DNA of 64,000 bases from Alphaproteobacteria bacterium (GCA_035911135.1 JAMHWD010000042.1:7609-71608); one strand, 5' to 3'; positions 48,247 through 58,406 are shown, counted from the stretch's first letter. Made by a program: numbers and translations. Notes: generated by a model from the letters alone, not told the origin.

Positions 48247-49170
48247 ATGGACACCTTCTTTTATCTTCTTTTGAATCTGCTTCCCCTCTACGGCCTGATC
48301 GGAATCGGCTTTGTCGGCGGGCGGTATTTCGATATCGAAAGCAAGACCATGGCCAATCTGGTCATTTTCATCATCGTGCCGATGGTGATGTTTGGTTATG
48401 TCTCGCAGCTCAAACTCAATTACACCTATATTTTCCTGCCTATTCTTTATTATGTGCTGCTGTGTATTGTGGCGTTTTCCTATTACCGTATCGGCAAGGC
48501 AATATACCCGGACAGCCGGGCCAATCTGCTGGCGCTGACCGCCACGACGCATAATTCCGGTTATTACGGATTGCCTGTGATGCTGATCGTTTTCCCGCAG
48601 GAATGGGTGGCCGTTTACATGGTGATTATTCTGGGCGGGATTATATTCGAGGCCACGGTTTCTTATTATATCGCCGCAAGAGGCGCATTCGATGCCCGCC
48701 AGAGTTTGAAGAAGCTGGCCGGATACCCGGCGCTTTATGCTGTGCCGCTGGGGCTTATGATGAATGCCGCCACGGGCGGGGCATTGCCGGAAATGGTGGT
48801 GACATACTGGACTTACTTTAAAGGCGCTTATGTCGTTATGGGCATGATGATTATCGGCGTGGCCCTGTCCAAGATGCAGCATTTCGAATTCAGCCTGCGT
48901 TTTAACGCGCTGGTCTATTCCGGCAAGCTGATCGTCTGGCCGGCGCTGATGGGGGCGGTTGTGGCGCTGGATACCTATGTTCTAGGGTTTTACGGTCCGG
49001 AAGTGCATCTGATGCTGATGCTGCTTTCGATCATGCCGCCAGCCGCCAATGTCACGGCCTTTGCCGCGCAGTTCAACACCGGGCCGGAGAAGGCCGCGAC
49101 GACCGTTCTGGCCGGAACGTTACTCGCACTCCTTTATATCCCGCTGGCTTTGTGGTTGATTGGCCACTAG
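48247..49170 (+). CDS. AEC-family (auxin efflux carrier-like) permease
   Basis: It is a 10-TM protein of about 307 aa with an AEC-like N-terminus (LPLY.LI.IGF..GR). Confidence 0.75.
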   Translation: MDTFFYLLLNLLPLYGLIGIGFVGGRYFDIESKTMANLVIFIIVPMVMFGYVSQLKLNYTYIFLPILYYVLLCIVAFSYYRIGKAIYPDSRANLLALTATTHNSGYYGLPVMLIVFPQEWVAVYMVIILGGIIFEATVSYYIAARGAFDARQSLKKLAGYPALYAVPLGLMMNAATGGALPEMVVTYWTYFKGAYVVMGMMIIGVALSKMQHFEFSLRFNALVYSGKLIVWPALMGAVVALDTYVLGFYGPEVHLMLMLLSIMPPAANVTAFAAQFNTGPEKAATTVLAGTLLALLYIPLALWLIGH

Positions 49171-49182
49171 GGTTTTATCGTC

Positions 49183-49282
49183 TTTTGACCTGCAAACAGG
49201 GATTTTTTGCGCTTCCGTTTCTCAAATACATCTCAAGTATTCTGCGATACGGTTCTCAAAAATCCCTGTTTGCAGGTCAAAA
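49183..49282. repeat. Perfect 25-bp inverted repeat with a 50-nt spacer (MITE-like or structured RNA)
   Basis: TTTTGACCTGCAAACAGGGATTTTT at 49183-49207 is the exact reverse complement of 49258-49282. Confidence 0.7.
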
Positions 49283-49354
49283 TCCTTCAAAGCCCTGCCA
49301 GCCCTGTCATTTCGTAACTTGCAGGGGCGGATCAATGCTGTATAAATGATTGTT

Positions 49355-52171
49355 ATGACAGACAAACCTGAAGACAAATACCGCGATACTGTATTCCTGC
49401 CGAAAACCGAATTCCCGATGCGGGCCGGTCTGGCGCAGAAGGAACCGGAGATCCTGCAAAAATGGCAGGGTATGGATCTGGAATCCAAAATCCGCGCGCG
49501 CGCCGGAACGCGCCAGAAATGGGTGCTGCATGATGGCCCGCCATACGCCAATGGCGATATCCATATGGGTCACGCGGTCAATAAGATCCTGAAGGATGTA
49601 ATCGTCCGCAGCTGGCAGATGATGGGGTATGATGCACCTTATGTGCCGGGATGGGATTGTCACGGCCTTCCCATCGAATGGAAGATCGAGGAAAAATACC
49701 GTGAAAAGGGCGTTGATAAAGACACGGTCGATAAGCTGGCCTTCCGCGATGAATGTCGCAAATTTGCAAAACACTGGGTTGATGTGCAATCCGCGCAGTT
49801 TCAGCGTCTGGGCGTAGGCGGGGCATGGGATAATCCCTATCTGACCATGACCAACCGCGCCGAGGGGCGCATTGCGCGCGAGATCCATAAATTCGCGCTG
49901 AACGGTCTTTTGTACCGGGGTGCAAAGCCCGTGATGTGGTCGGTGGTTGAAAAAACCGCCCTTGCCGAAGCCGAAGTTGAATATCAGGAACATAAATCCA
50001 TCACCATTTGGGTGCGGTTTCCAGTTCAAAAGTCACCTGTGGCGGCGTTGGAAGGCACGGATATCGTTATCTGGACAACAACCCCATGGACCATGCCATC
50101 CAACCGCGCGATCGCATTCGGGAAGGATATCGAATACGGGATTTACGCATTTGCAGGTGAGAAAATCGCCATTGCCAAATCGCTGGCGGAGTCCGTTAAG
50201 GCCGCGGCGAAGATTGAAGACTGGGAACTGGTTGCCGAATTTAAAGGTGAGGCGCTGGCCGGGACAATGTGCAAACATCCGCTGAACGGGCAGGGATTTG
50301 ATTTTGATGTGCCTTTGCTGGAGGGTGATTTCGTCACCGCCGATGCCGGTACGGGTTTTGTGCATATCGCGCCGGGCCATGGTGAGGACGATTATTACCT
50401 TTATACGAAACATTTTGGCATTCAGGCTGTGCCGGATAACGTCTCGGACGATGGGAAATTCCGCGATCACGTGCCGTTATTTGCAGGCCTCGAAATCTAC
50501 ACGCAAAAAGGCGAGATGGGGCAGGGCAATTTTGCCGTTTTGAAGGCCCTGCAGGAGGCCGGAAAATTGCTGGCGAAAGGCTCGATCAAGCATGAATACC
50601 CGCATAGCTGGCGATCCAAGGCGCCGCTGATTTTTCGCACCACGCCGCAATGGTTTATTGCGATGGATGGCGCGCAGAAACCGACATTGCGCGATGTTTC
50701 CTTAAAGGCGATCAAGGATACGCGCTGGGTTCCCGGTAAAGGCGAGACGCGCATCACGGCGATGATCGAAAACCGCCCGGATTGGTGCATTTCGCGCCAG
50801 CGCGCCTGGGGCGTGCCGATTGCGCTGTTTGTGCATAAGGAAACGAAAGAAGTCCTGAAAGACGAGGCGGTGATGAACCGTATCGGTGATATCTTTGAGG
50901 CTGAAGGCGCCGATGCGTGGTGGAGCCGACCGGCCAGCGATTTTCTGGGCGATAAGTATAACGCTGATGATTTTGAACAGATTTTCGACATCGTGGATGT
51001 CTGGTTTGAATCGGGTTCGACCCATGCCTTCGTGTTGCAGGATAATGAAACATGGCCAACGCTTAAGGGTGTTGATCAGGCGGATTTATACCTCGAAGGT
51101 TCCGACCAGCATCGCGGCTGGTTCCATTCATCCTTGCTGGAATCTTGCGGCACGAATGGCAGAGCGCCTTACAAGGCCGTTCTGACGCATGGTTTCGTGC
51201 TGGATGAGAAGGGCTACAAAATGTCCAAATCCCTGGGCAATGTTGTGGACCCGCTGAAAGTCATGGAAGAACATGGCGCGGATATTCTGCGCCTCTGGAC
51301 GCTGACATCCGATTACGCGGAAGATATTCGCATCGGGAAAGATACGCTTAAATCTACGGGCGATCTTTATCGCCGTATTCGTAACACGCTGCGTTTCCTG
51401 CTGGGCGCGCTGGATGGGTTCACGAAGGATGAAATGTTTGCAGATTGCTGTGCAGATCCTTCCCCGTTGCCGGAGCTTGAGCAATTAATGCTCCATGAGC
51501 TTGCCGTGATGGATGAAAAAATTCGTCATCATATTGAGAATTATGAATTCCAAAAGCTAACCAAGTTGCTGCATGATTATTGCAACGAAACGCTTTCGGC
51601 GTTTTATTTCGATATCCGCAAGGATCGTCTGTACTGCGATAAGCCGGATAGTTTCGAGCGCAGAGCTTGCCGCAATGTCATGGCCTATATCTTCAATGGC
51701 CTTACTGCATGGCTCGCGCCCGTTCTGTGCTTCACGGCTGATGAGGCGTGGGCCCAGCGTCCGGCAGGCGTTTTTGAGGATGCGGATTCTGTCCATCTTC
51801 GCGATTTTACATCCGTTCCCGATACATGGCGAAATGACGCGCTGGCAGAGAAATGGAAGGATATCGTCCGGTTGCGTGAGATGGTGAGTGCGGCGCTGGA
51901 GCCTTTGCGTAAGGACAAGGTGATTGGATCTTCGCTGGAGGCTGCGCCTGTTTTGAGCGTGACGCAGGATTACGGCGTTGATTTTGCAGAAATTTGCATT
52001 ACATCGGCGGTGCAGATGAAAAAGGGTTCATCTGAATCGGCCGAGTTTCAAAAAGCCCCCGGTTCCAAATGCGAGCGTTGCTGGAAAGTCCTGCCGGAGG
52101 TCGAGGCCAATGGCGATCTGTGCAATCGCTGCGATGATGCGGTGAATACACGCAAGAAAGCTGCGGCTTAA
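49355..52171 (+). CDS. ileS: Isoleucine--tRNA ligase (type 1, with a C-terminal Zn-finger)
   Basis: It has the HIGH (PYANGDIHMGH) and KMSKS motifs, a CP1 editing domain and a C-terminal CERCW...CNRC. The alternative start at 49346 is also possible. Confidence 0.95.
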   Translation: MTDKPEDKYRDTVFLPKTEFPMRAGLAQKEPEILQKWQGMDLESKIRARAGTRQKWVLHDGPPYANGDIHMGHAVNKILKDVIVRSWQMMGYDAPYVPGWDCHGLPIEWKIEEKYREKGVDKDTVDKLAFRDECRKFAKHWVDVQSAQFQRLGVGGAWDNPYLTMTNRAEGRIAREIHKFALNGLLYRGAKPVMWSVVEKTALAEAEVEYQEHKSITIWVRFPVQKSPVAALEGTDIVIWTTTPWTMPSNRAIAFGKDIEYGIYAFAGEKIAIAKSLAESVKAAAKIEDWELVAEFKGEALAGTMCKHPLNGQGFDFDVPLLEGDFVTADAGTGFVHIAPGHGEDDYYLYTKHFGIQAVPDNVSDDGKFRDHVPLFAGLEIYTQKGEMGQGNFAVLKALQEAGKLLAKGSIKHEYPHSWRSKAPLIFRTTPQWFIAMDGAQKPTLRDVSLKAIKDTRWVPGKGETRITAMIENRPDWCISRQRAWGVPIALFVHKETKEVLKDEAVMNRIGDIFEAEGADAWWSRPASDFLGDKYNADDFEQIFDIVDVWFESGSTHAFVLQDNETWPTLKGVDQADLYLEGSDQHRGWFHSSLLESCGTNGRAPYKAVLTHGFVLDEKGYKMSKSLGNVVDPLKVMEEHGADILRLWTLTSDYAEDIRIGKDTLKSTGDLYRRIRNTLRFLLGALDGFTKDEMFADCCADPSPLPELEQLMLHELAVMDEKIRHHIENYEFQKLTKLLHDYCNETLSAFYFDIRKDRLYCDKPDSFERRACRNVMAYIFNGLTAWLAPVLCFTADEAWAQRPAGVFEDADSVHLRDFTSVPDTWRNDALAEKWKDIVRLREMVSAALEPLRKDKVIGSSLEAAPVLSVTQDYGVDFAEICITSAVQMKKGSSESAEFQKAPGSKCERCWKVLPEVEANGDLCNRCDDAVNTRKKAAA

Positions 52172-52182
52172 GTTTCCATACA

Positions 52183-52243
52183 CGTCATCACACGCTTTAT
52201 GCGTGTGATCCATGGATTGCACGGACGATGCCGTGCAATGACG
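52183..52243. repeat. Two-hairpin palindromic (MITE/REP-like) element, copy 2
   Basis: Sequence: CGTCAT-CACACGC-ttta-tGCGTGTGAT-ccatgg-ATTGCACGG-acgatg-CCGTGCAAT-GACG. It lies at the convergent ileS/ppx junction and is homologous to 4554-4627. Confidence 0.6.
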
Positions 52244-52252
52244 GTTTTGTGG

Positions 52253-53155
52253 TTACTGCGGCCCGGTCATATCGACCAGAATGCCATCGCGCAGGCCGGA
52301 ATTGGAGAAGATGACCTTTTCCGATTTCAGTTTCTTCAAAACGCAATGCATGATCAGCGCGGCGGTGGGCAGCATATTGGCGCGCTTATGTTCCAGATTG
52401 TATTTGGCCACGATTTCCTCCGGCGTGCGCGAGGCGATCTCAAAGGAGAATTTCAGCAGATCCTTGGCATCGACCTTAAAGCCGCTTAGACCTGAGACGC
52501 TGGCATCAGGCCCTTTTTTCTCGCGCACATAGGCCGCCGCCAGCGCGCGCCATGTTCCGCCCACGGCGTAGAAATTCTTGTGATCGGCGAGCCCCTTGGG
52601 GATGGTGCTCAGATGTTCCTTGATGAAATCCTTGGCATCTGTGTGATCCATGGTGCGCAGCACGCCAATGGGCAGGCTGATGCGGGTTTCATCCACGCTG
52701 GATTTGCCGATCTTGGCAAGTTCCAGCGAGCCGCCGCCCAGATCGCCTACAATGCCCTTGGCATCGGTAAAGGCTGCCTTGACGCCAAGCGCCGCATAAC
52801 GCGCTTCTTCGTCACCGGAAATCACGCGGATATCAATGCCGAGTTTCTTTTTGGCTTCCTTCACGAAATCAGCGCCATCCTTGGCATCGCGCAGTGCCGC
52901 TGTACCGATCACCACAAGATCATCGAGTTGAAAGGCTTTGGAAAGGGCGTGAAATCCTTCAAGGGCATACATGGCAGATTCGCGCGCGCCGGGGTGAAGC
53001 TTGCCGGTTTTTTCCAGATCACGCCCCAGACCGCATTGCACCTTTTCATTAAAAATCGGGCGCTCGCCGCTATAGGGCGGTTCAAAGATAACCAGCCGGA
53101 TCGAGTTCGAACCGATATCAATAATCCCAACAAGTTTTTCTTTTGTGAAAACCAT
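52253..53155 (-). CDS. ppx: Ppx/GppA-family phosphatase (short exopolyphosphatase)
   Basis: It has the N-terminal IDIGSNSIRLVI motif and an ASKHA fold. It lies immediately downstream of ppk. Confidence 0.85.
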   Translation of the reverse strand: MVFTKEKLVGIIDIGSNSIRLVIFEPPYSGERPIFNEKVQCGLGRDLEKTGKLHPGARESAMYALEGFHALSKAFQLDDLVVIGTAALRDAKDGADFVKEAKKKLGIDIRVISGDEEARYAALGVKAAFTDAKGIVGDLGGGSLELAKIGKSSVDETRISLPIGVLRTMDHTDAKDFIKEHLSTIPKGLADHKNFYAVGGTWRALAAAYVREKKGPDASVSGLSGFKVDAKDLLKFSFEIASRTPEEIVAKYNLEHKRANMLPTAALIMHCVLKKLKSEKVIFSNSGLRDGILVDMTGPQ

Positions 53156-53182
53156 GGTTGCTTTATGCCCGTTGCAATGTGA

Positions 53183-55411
53183 TTAGGCAAGCTTGGGTTT
53201 GGATTTCTTTTTCTTTTGCAGTTTATCGGGTTTTGTTTTCGATAATTTCAGGCGCGGCGGCAGGGGCGCATCATCTTCCTCGATGGCGCTGCCACGGCCG
53301 GAAAGCGAAGGGTTTTGCATGAAGTAATCATGGGCGCAGAAATCGGTGGCTTCGTGGGGGGTACGCAGATAGCGGCCATCGGGCTGTAATTCCCAGCTTT
53401 GTTTCTGATCCTTTAAATTGGCGACCATGATCTGATCGAGAATCTGTTTATGAACGGTTGCGTTATCAATGGGCACGAGTGCCTCGATCCGGCGCGAGAG
53501 ATTGCGCATCGCCAGATCGGCGGAAGATATGAAAACATGCGCCTCGCGCGAGGGCAGGCGGTGACCGTTGCCAAAGCAATAAATGCGTGAATGTTCCAAA
53601 AAGCGCCCGACAATGCTTTTGACGCGGATATTGGCGGAAAGGCCCGGAATGCCGGGGCGCAGCACGCAAACGCCGCGCACGACAAGGTCGATTTGCACGC
53701 CGGCCTGCGAGGCCTCGTATAGCTTGTCGATGATATGCGGATCCACCAGCGAATTGCATTTGCCCCATATGCTGGCGGGCTCTCCCTCTCCGGCATTTCT
53801 GATTTCCTCATCAATGAGGCTCATCAGCTTTTCACGCATGTTAAACGGCGATACCGCAATGCGCTGGAGGTTGCGCGGCGGGGCATAGCCGGTCATGTAG
53901 TTGAACATCAGCGCCGCATCATGGCAAAGTTCCGGGTCGCAGGTGAAATAGGATAAATCGGTGTAAACGCGGGCATTGCCGGCGTGATAATTGCCCGTGC
54001 CAAAATGGGCATAGGAATGCAGGCGCTTGCCTTCGCGCCGCGTCACCAGCGAGACCTTGGCATGGGTTTTCAAGTTCATGAACCCATAAACCACCTGAAT
54101 GCCGGCGCGTTCCATATCACGCGCCCAGCGGATATTGGCTTCTTCGTCAAAGCGCGCTTTAAGCTCCACGAGCGCCGTCACGGTCTTGCCGTTTTCGGCG
54201 GCTTCGATCAAGGCTTCGACAATCGGCGATTTTTTGGATGTGCGATAGAGCGTTTGCTTGATTGAGACGACTTGCGGGTCTATTGCGGCCTGACGCAGGA
54301 ATTGCACCACCACATCAAAGCTTTCATAAGGGTGATGGATAATGATGTCTTTATGCTGGATGGCGGCGAAGCAATCGCCGTTGAAATCGCGTATGCGTTC
54401 CGGATAGCGGGCATCATAGGGTTTGAACAGCAAATCCCGGTTTTCATCGGTGATAAGTTCCGCCGTCTGGTTCAGGCCGATCAGGCCATCGACAATAAAA
54501 ATTTCCCGGTCCTGCAGATCCATGTGGCCTTTGAGGAAATCCAGCGTGACCTCGTCCACGCTTTCATGGACGCTCATCAGGATGGCTCGGCCGCGGCGGC
54601 GGCGTTTCAAGGCGCTTTCAAATGTCAGGACAAGGTCTTCGGCATCTTCCTGAATTTCCATCTCGGTATCGCGCAGGATACGAAAGGCGGTATATTCCAG
54701 AATATCCATTGGCTCCGGGAAGAAATGCCGGATATGCAGCATGATGACTTTTTCGATCGGGATATAGCGCGGCGCCGATCCCGGCAGGCGCACGAAGCGA
54801 TCGAGCTGGGTAGGGATCTGGATCAGGGCGTGCACATCCTGATTTTCAGCCTTGTCATAGAGGCGCAGGATAATCGAGAGCCCTTTGTTCGGGATGAAGG
54901 GGAAGGGGTGCGCCGGGTCAATGGCAATGGGCGTTAAAACCGGCATGATGTCATGTTCGAAACGCTTGCCCAGCCATTTAACCTCGCTTTTTCGCAGGTC
55001 GCCGCGGCCCAGTATCTTGATATCGTTGAGCTTTAATTCCTTGCGTAGGTCGCGCCATGTTGTCTGGATATCGGACATCATCAGATTGGTGCGCGTGAAG
55101 ATGGATTCCAGCTGTTGCTGGGGCGTCAGGCCGTCGATGCTGCGTTCGGTCACATTCGCGCGGATCTGCGCCTTGATCCCGGCCACGCGGACCATGAAAA
55201 ATTCATCAAGATTATTGGCGGTGATGCTTAAGAACCGGATGCGCTCGAATAGCGGATGATTAAGGTTATTGGCCTCGTCCAGAACACGCTGGTTGAAGGC
55301 CAGCCAGGACAGCTCGCGGTTGAAAAAACGCTCCGGCAAAGATTTCAAGGCTTCGCCGTCCAAACCCATGATTTTGGGGTCTGTGTTCTGATCGGGGTAG
55401 AATTGCATCAT
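53183..55411 (-). CDS. ppk: Polyphosphate kinase 1
   Basis: It has FNRELSWL.FN.RVL, the two PLD-like domains (..HAKV.LV.R.., ..GTGNY) and a basic C-terminal tail. The length is 742 aa. Confidence 0.95.
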   Translation of the reverse strand: MMQFYPDQNTDPKIMGLDGEALKSLPERFFNRELSWLAFNQRVLDEANNLNHPLFERIRFLSITANNLDEFFMVRVAGIKAQIRANVTERSIDGLTPQQQLESIFTRTNLMMSDIQTTWRDLRKELKLNDIKILGRGDLRKSEVKWLGKRFEHDIMPVLTPIAIDPAHPFPFIPNKGLSIILRLYDKAENQDVHALIQIPTQLDRFVRLPGSAPRYIPIEKVIMLHIRHFFPEPMDILEYTAFRILRDTEMEIQEDAEDLVLTFESALKRRRRGRAILMSVHESVDEVTLDFLKGHMDLQDREIFIVDGLIGLNQTAELITDENRDLLFKPYDARYPERIRDFNGDCFAAIQHKDIIIHHPYESFDVVVQFLRQAAIDPQVVSIKQTLYRTSKKSPIVEALIEAAENGKTVTALVELKARFDEEANIRWARDMERAGIQVVYGFMNLKTHAKVSLVTRREGKRLHSYAHFGTGNYHAGNARVYTDLSYFTCDPELCHDAALMFNYMTGYAPPRNLQRIAVSPFNMREKLMSLIDEEIRNAGEGEPASIWGKCNSLVDPHIIDKLYEASQAGVQIDLVVRGVCVLRPGIPGLSANIRVKSIVGRFLEHSRIYCFGNGHRLPSREAHVFISSADLAMRNLSRRIEALVPIDNATVHKQILDQIMVANLKDQKQSWELQPDGRYLRTPHEATDFCAHDYFMQNPSLSGRGSAIEEDDAPLPPRLKLSKTKPDKLQKKKKSKPKLA

Positions 55412-55501
55412 GCGGTCCGTTGCTATGTCGTGGCCCTATCAGCATAGCATATCTGGCCCCCCTATGGGTAGGCGAGGCGCAAAAGAAAACAGGAATGTCT
55501 G

Positions 55502-56149
55502 CTATGCTTCGGGGGTGGACGGTCCGCCAGCTTCGGCTGCTGCGGCGGCCCGGCGTTCGGCCTTGAGGCGCTGATCGCGATCCCAGCCCGCTTCACGCGT
55601 ATCATGGGCCAGGGTTTCAATAAGCTTACGCAGGTTCACGCCGTTTGCCGAGGCCGTGAAGCCGTCCGTGAGGCGCGGTTTGTCCCAATCGGTTCCAAAA
55701 ATATCAACCAGATTTCCCTGGGCAATCTTATCGTCCGCAACATACGCGGCTTGCGAAGGCGTTGCGAAGATGCCGAGTATGTCGCGCTTGATATAAATGC
55801 TATCATCAGGCTCTGATGTTTCGATGCTATCAAGTGCTGTCAGTATCTCGCGCAAGCGGCTGACATAAGTGCCGGCGCCGCCGGATTCCTGATCGAGCAC
55901 GAAAAGGTTTTTGACTTTTGCGGTATCCAGCAAGGGCTTTGTTGCCTGTCCCTCAAGCTGGGCCAGTTCGAGCTCATGCATGGCTTGCTGCACGTGATTG
56001 CGGTTGGTTTCAACCTTTTCGCGTTGGCGGGTGATGCGAAATGCCAGCCTGTCTTCGGCAGCCGCCGCGACTTCTTCCGGTGAACCTGTGATCGAGCGGA
56101 TTTGTATGTCGATCTGGTTTAGAAGATTTTCTCTAGCTTCTGGTCTCAT
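55502..56149 (-). CDS. Hypothetical protein (215 aa)
   Basis: This is a clean ATG ORF with a helical, charged composition. I recognise no motif. Confidence 0.5.
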   Translation of the reverse strand: MRPEARENLLNQIDIQIRSITGSPEEVAAAAEDRLAFRITRQREKVETNRNHVQQAMHELELAQLEGQATKPLLDTAKVKNLFVLDQESGGAGTYVSRLREILTALDSIETSEPDDSIYIKRDILGIFATPSQAAYVADDKIAQGNLVDIFGTDWDKPRLTDGFTASANGVNLRKLIETLAHDTREAGWDRDQRLKAERRAAAAAEAGGPSTPEA

Positions 56150-56240
56150 TGAATCACCCTTATGATATTTTAGAGATAAGGGTAGAATATAAAGATTAAT
56201 GAATTATGAATAAATGAGGCCGGTTGGTGTTGGGAAGGGG

Positions 56241-56912
56241 CTAATCCTTAAGTTTCCCAGCTTTTTTCAGGATCACGCGGATATGATCCTGCCCGGTTTT
56301 ATCGCGGTATTTCTCGTAATATTGCTGATGGTAATCCTCCCCGGTCCAGAAAGTCGCGGCGGGTTCGATTGTGGTGACGATGGGTTTTGAGAATTTCTTT
56401 TCGGTCGTAAGGGCGGCAATTACGCTGGCGGCTTCGGTTTTTTGCGTTTCATCATGGGTGAAGATGGCGGAGCGGTATTGCGTGCCCACATCTACGCCCT
56501 GACGGTTGAGCTGGGTGGGGTCATGCCATTTGGTGAGGAACAGCGCGATGAGTTTCTTATAGGTGATTTTGGCCGGATCAAATGTGACCTCAACCACTTC
56601 GGCGTGGCCGGTCTTGCCGGTGGTGACCTGTTCGTAGGTCACATTTTCGGTTGTCCCGCCCATATAGCCAACGCGGGTAAACAATACGCCGTCCACGGCG
56701 CGGATTTCGCTTTCCATGCACCAGAAACACCCGCCTGCCAGTGTGGCGATAGGATAATTATCGGGTTTTGTCATGGCCAGATCCTTTCCATGGGTCAGCA
56801 GGCTTTCTTGTGCCCCCACAAGCCGCGGCAGTGCCAGCAGCAGAGCGATAAAAGCGGTCATAAGCACAAGTGCGATGTTTAATTTCATTCTCATAATGAT
56901 ATAGCGGCCCAT
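56241..56912 (-). CDS. msrA: Peptide-methionine (S)-S-oxide reductase with an N-terminal signal/anchor
   Basis: The active-site GGCFWCME is present, plus GHAEVV.V.FDP and DYHQ.Y. The start could be 56912, 56894 or 56888. Confidence 0.9.
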   Translation of the reverse strand: MGRYIIMRMKLNIALVLMTAFIALLLALPRLVGAQESLLTHGKDLAMTKPDNYPIATLAGGCFWCMESEIRAVDGVLFTRVGYMGGTTENVTYEQVTTGKTGHAEVVEVTFDPAKITYKKLIALFLTKWHDPTQLNRQGVDVGTQYRSAIFTHDETQKTEAASVIAALTTEKKFSKPIVTTIEPAATFWTGEDYHQQYYEKYRDKTGQDHIRVILKKAGKLKD

Positions 56913-56955
56913 AATGAATATTCGAGGGGGCCATAAATAATGATACTATTAGCGG

Positions 56956-57720
56956 ATGTTTTTTCGCAAAAAATGGCGCTCGCCCAATTTTGAAGACCGC
57001 AAGGCTGTTGAAGGTCTGGCAGATATGCCTGCGTGTGTTGTCCTGCACTATACAGGCATGGAGACGGGCGCGGCGGCGCTGGCGCGGCTCTGCGATCCGG
57101 CGAGCAAGGTGAGCGCCCATTACGTGATCGAGGAAAATGGCCGGGTTCACAAGCTTGTGGATGATGATAAACGCGCCTGGCATGCGGGGGCATCGTACTG
57201 GCGCGGCGTGCGGGATTTAAATTCAGCCTCCATCGGGATAGAAATTGTCAATCCGGGGCATGAGTTTGGATACAGGGCCTTTCCGGATAAGCAGATTAAG
57301 GCTGTGATCTCTGTTTTAGAGCAGATATGCGCCCGGCATAATATTCATAAGGCCAGTATTCTGGCCCATTCCGATATCGCCCCTTCGCGCAAGATCGACC
57401 CCGGCGAGCTGTTCCCATGGGAAGCGCTGGCGGCGGCAGGGTTTGGATTATGGCCAAAGCCGATAGAGGCTGATTTTCAAGCGGCACAGGATATTATTCT
57501 CCATGAGGGGCATGTGCGGGAATTGTTCAGCGCCTATGGTTACGACCCGGATGCCGCGCTGGATGTGGTTATGACAGCCTTTCATCGCCGTTTCGCACCG
57601 GAAAAATTCACGCCCGGCAGCTATCCAGAAAAGGCAGATATAGCCAGCGTTGCAAAGCTTTTAAGTCTTGTCCGCCAGCGCCATGAGGCGCAGGATTTGT
57701 CATCCTTGCGTATTATGTGA
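56956..57720 (+). CDS. N-acetylmuramoyl-L-alanine amidase (amidase_2, AmpD-like)
   Basis: It has the motifs VVLHYTG, AWHAG.S.W, N..SIGIEI.N.GH and HSDIAP.RK.DPG. Confidence 0.85.
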   Translation: MFFRKKWRSPNFEDRKAVEGLADMPACVVLHYTGMETGAAALARLCDPASKVSAHYVIEENGRVHKLVDDDKRAWHAGASYWRGVRDLNSASIGIEIVNPGHEFGYRAFPDKQIKAVISVLEQICARHNIHKASILAHSDIAPSRKIDPGELFPWEALAAAGFGLWPKPIEADFQAAQDIILHEGHVRELFSAYGYDPDAALDVVMTAFHRRFAPEKFTPGSYPEKADIASVAKLLSLVRQRHEAQDLSSLRIM

Positions 57721-57733
57721 TAGCGTCCGGCCC

Positions 57734-58108
<375 letters not shown>

Positions 58109-58406
58109 TTTACCTTTGCCATTAGCCTTGCGGCTGCGTTGCTGCGGCGCTCATGTACGGTTTGTACATTTCGCTTCTTGCGCCTGACCGCAAGCCAAAT
58201 GTCTGCGGTATGGCTAAGCTGTTTGAAAATTAAAAAAGAATTGCCTGTGTATAACTGAATCATGGCTATTGGCCGATTCTTGTGGCGATTCGCATCGCAT
58301 GGTATTTTTTGATAATATAAAACTTAAGTATCGCTTGAGTTTCCCCCTTCTATCTTTCTGAATCCACGCCCTTATCTTCAACAATACGAATCGTATCGAA
58401 TCGCAA

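Noticed and set aside
56158-56185. Hairpin ACCCTTAT-N12-ATAAGGGT between msrA and the 215-aa orphan, as a possible terminator.
   Set aside because: There is no U-tract on the transcribed (minus) strand and it lies 8 nt from the downstream ATG. It is more likely fortuitous or a translational element, and there is not enough evidence.
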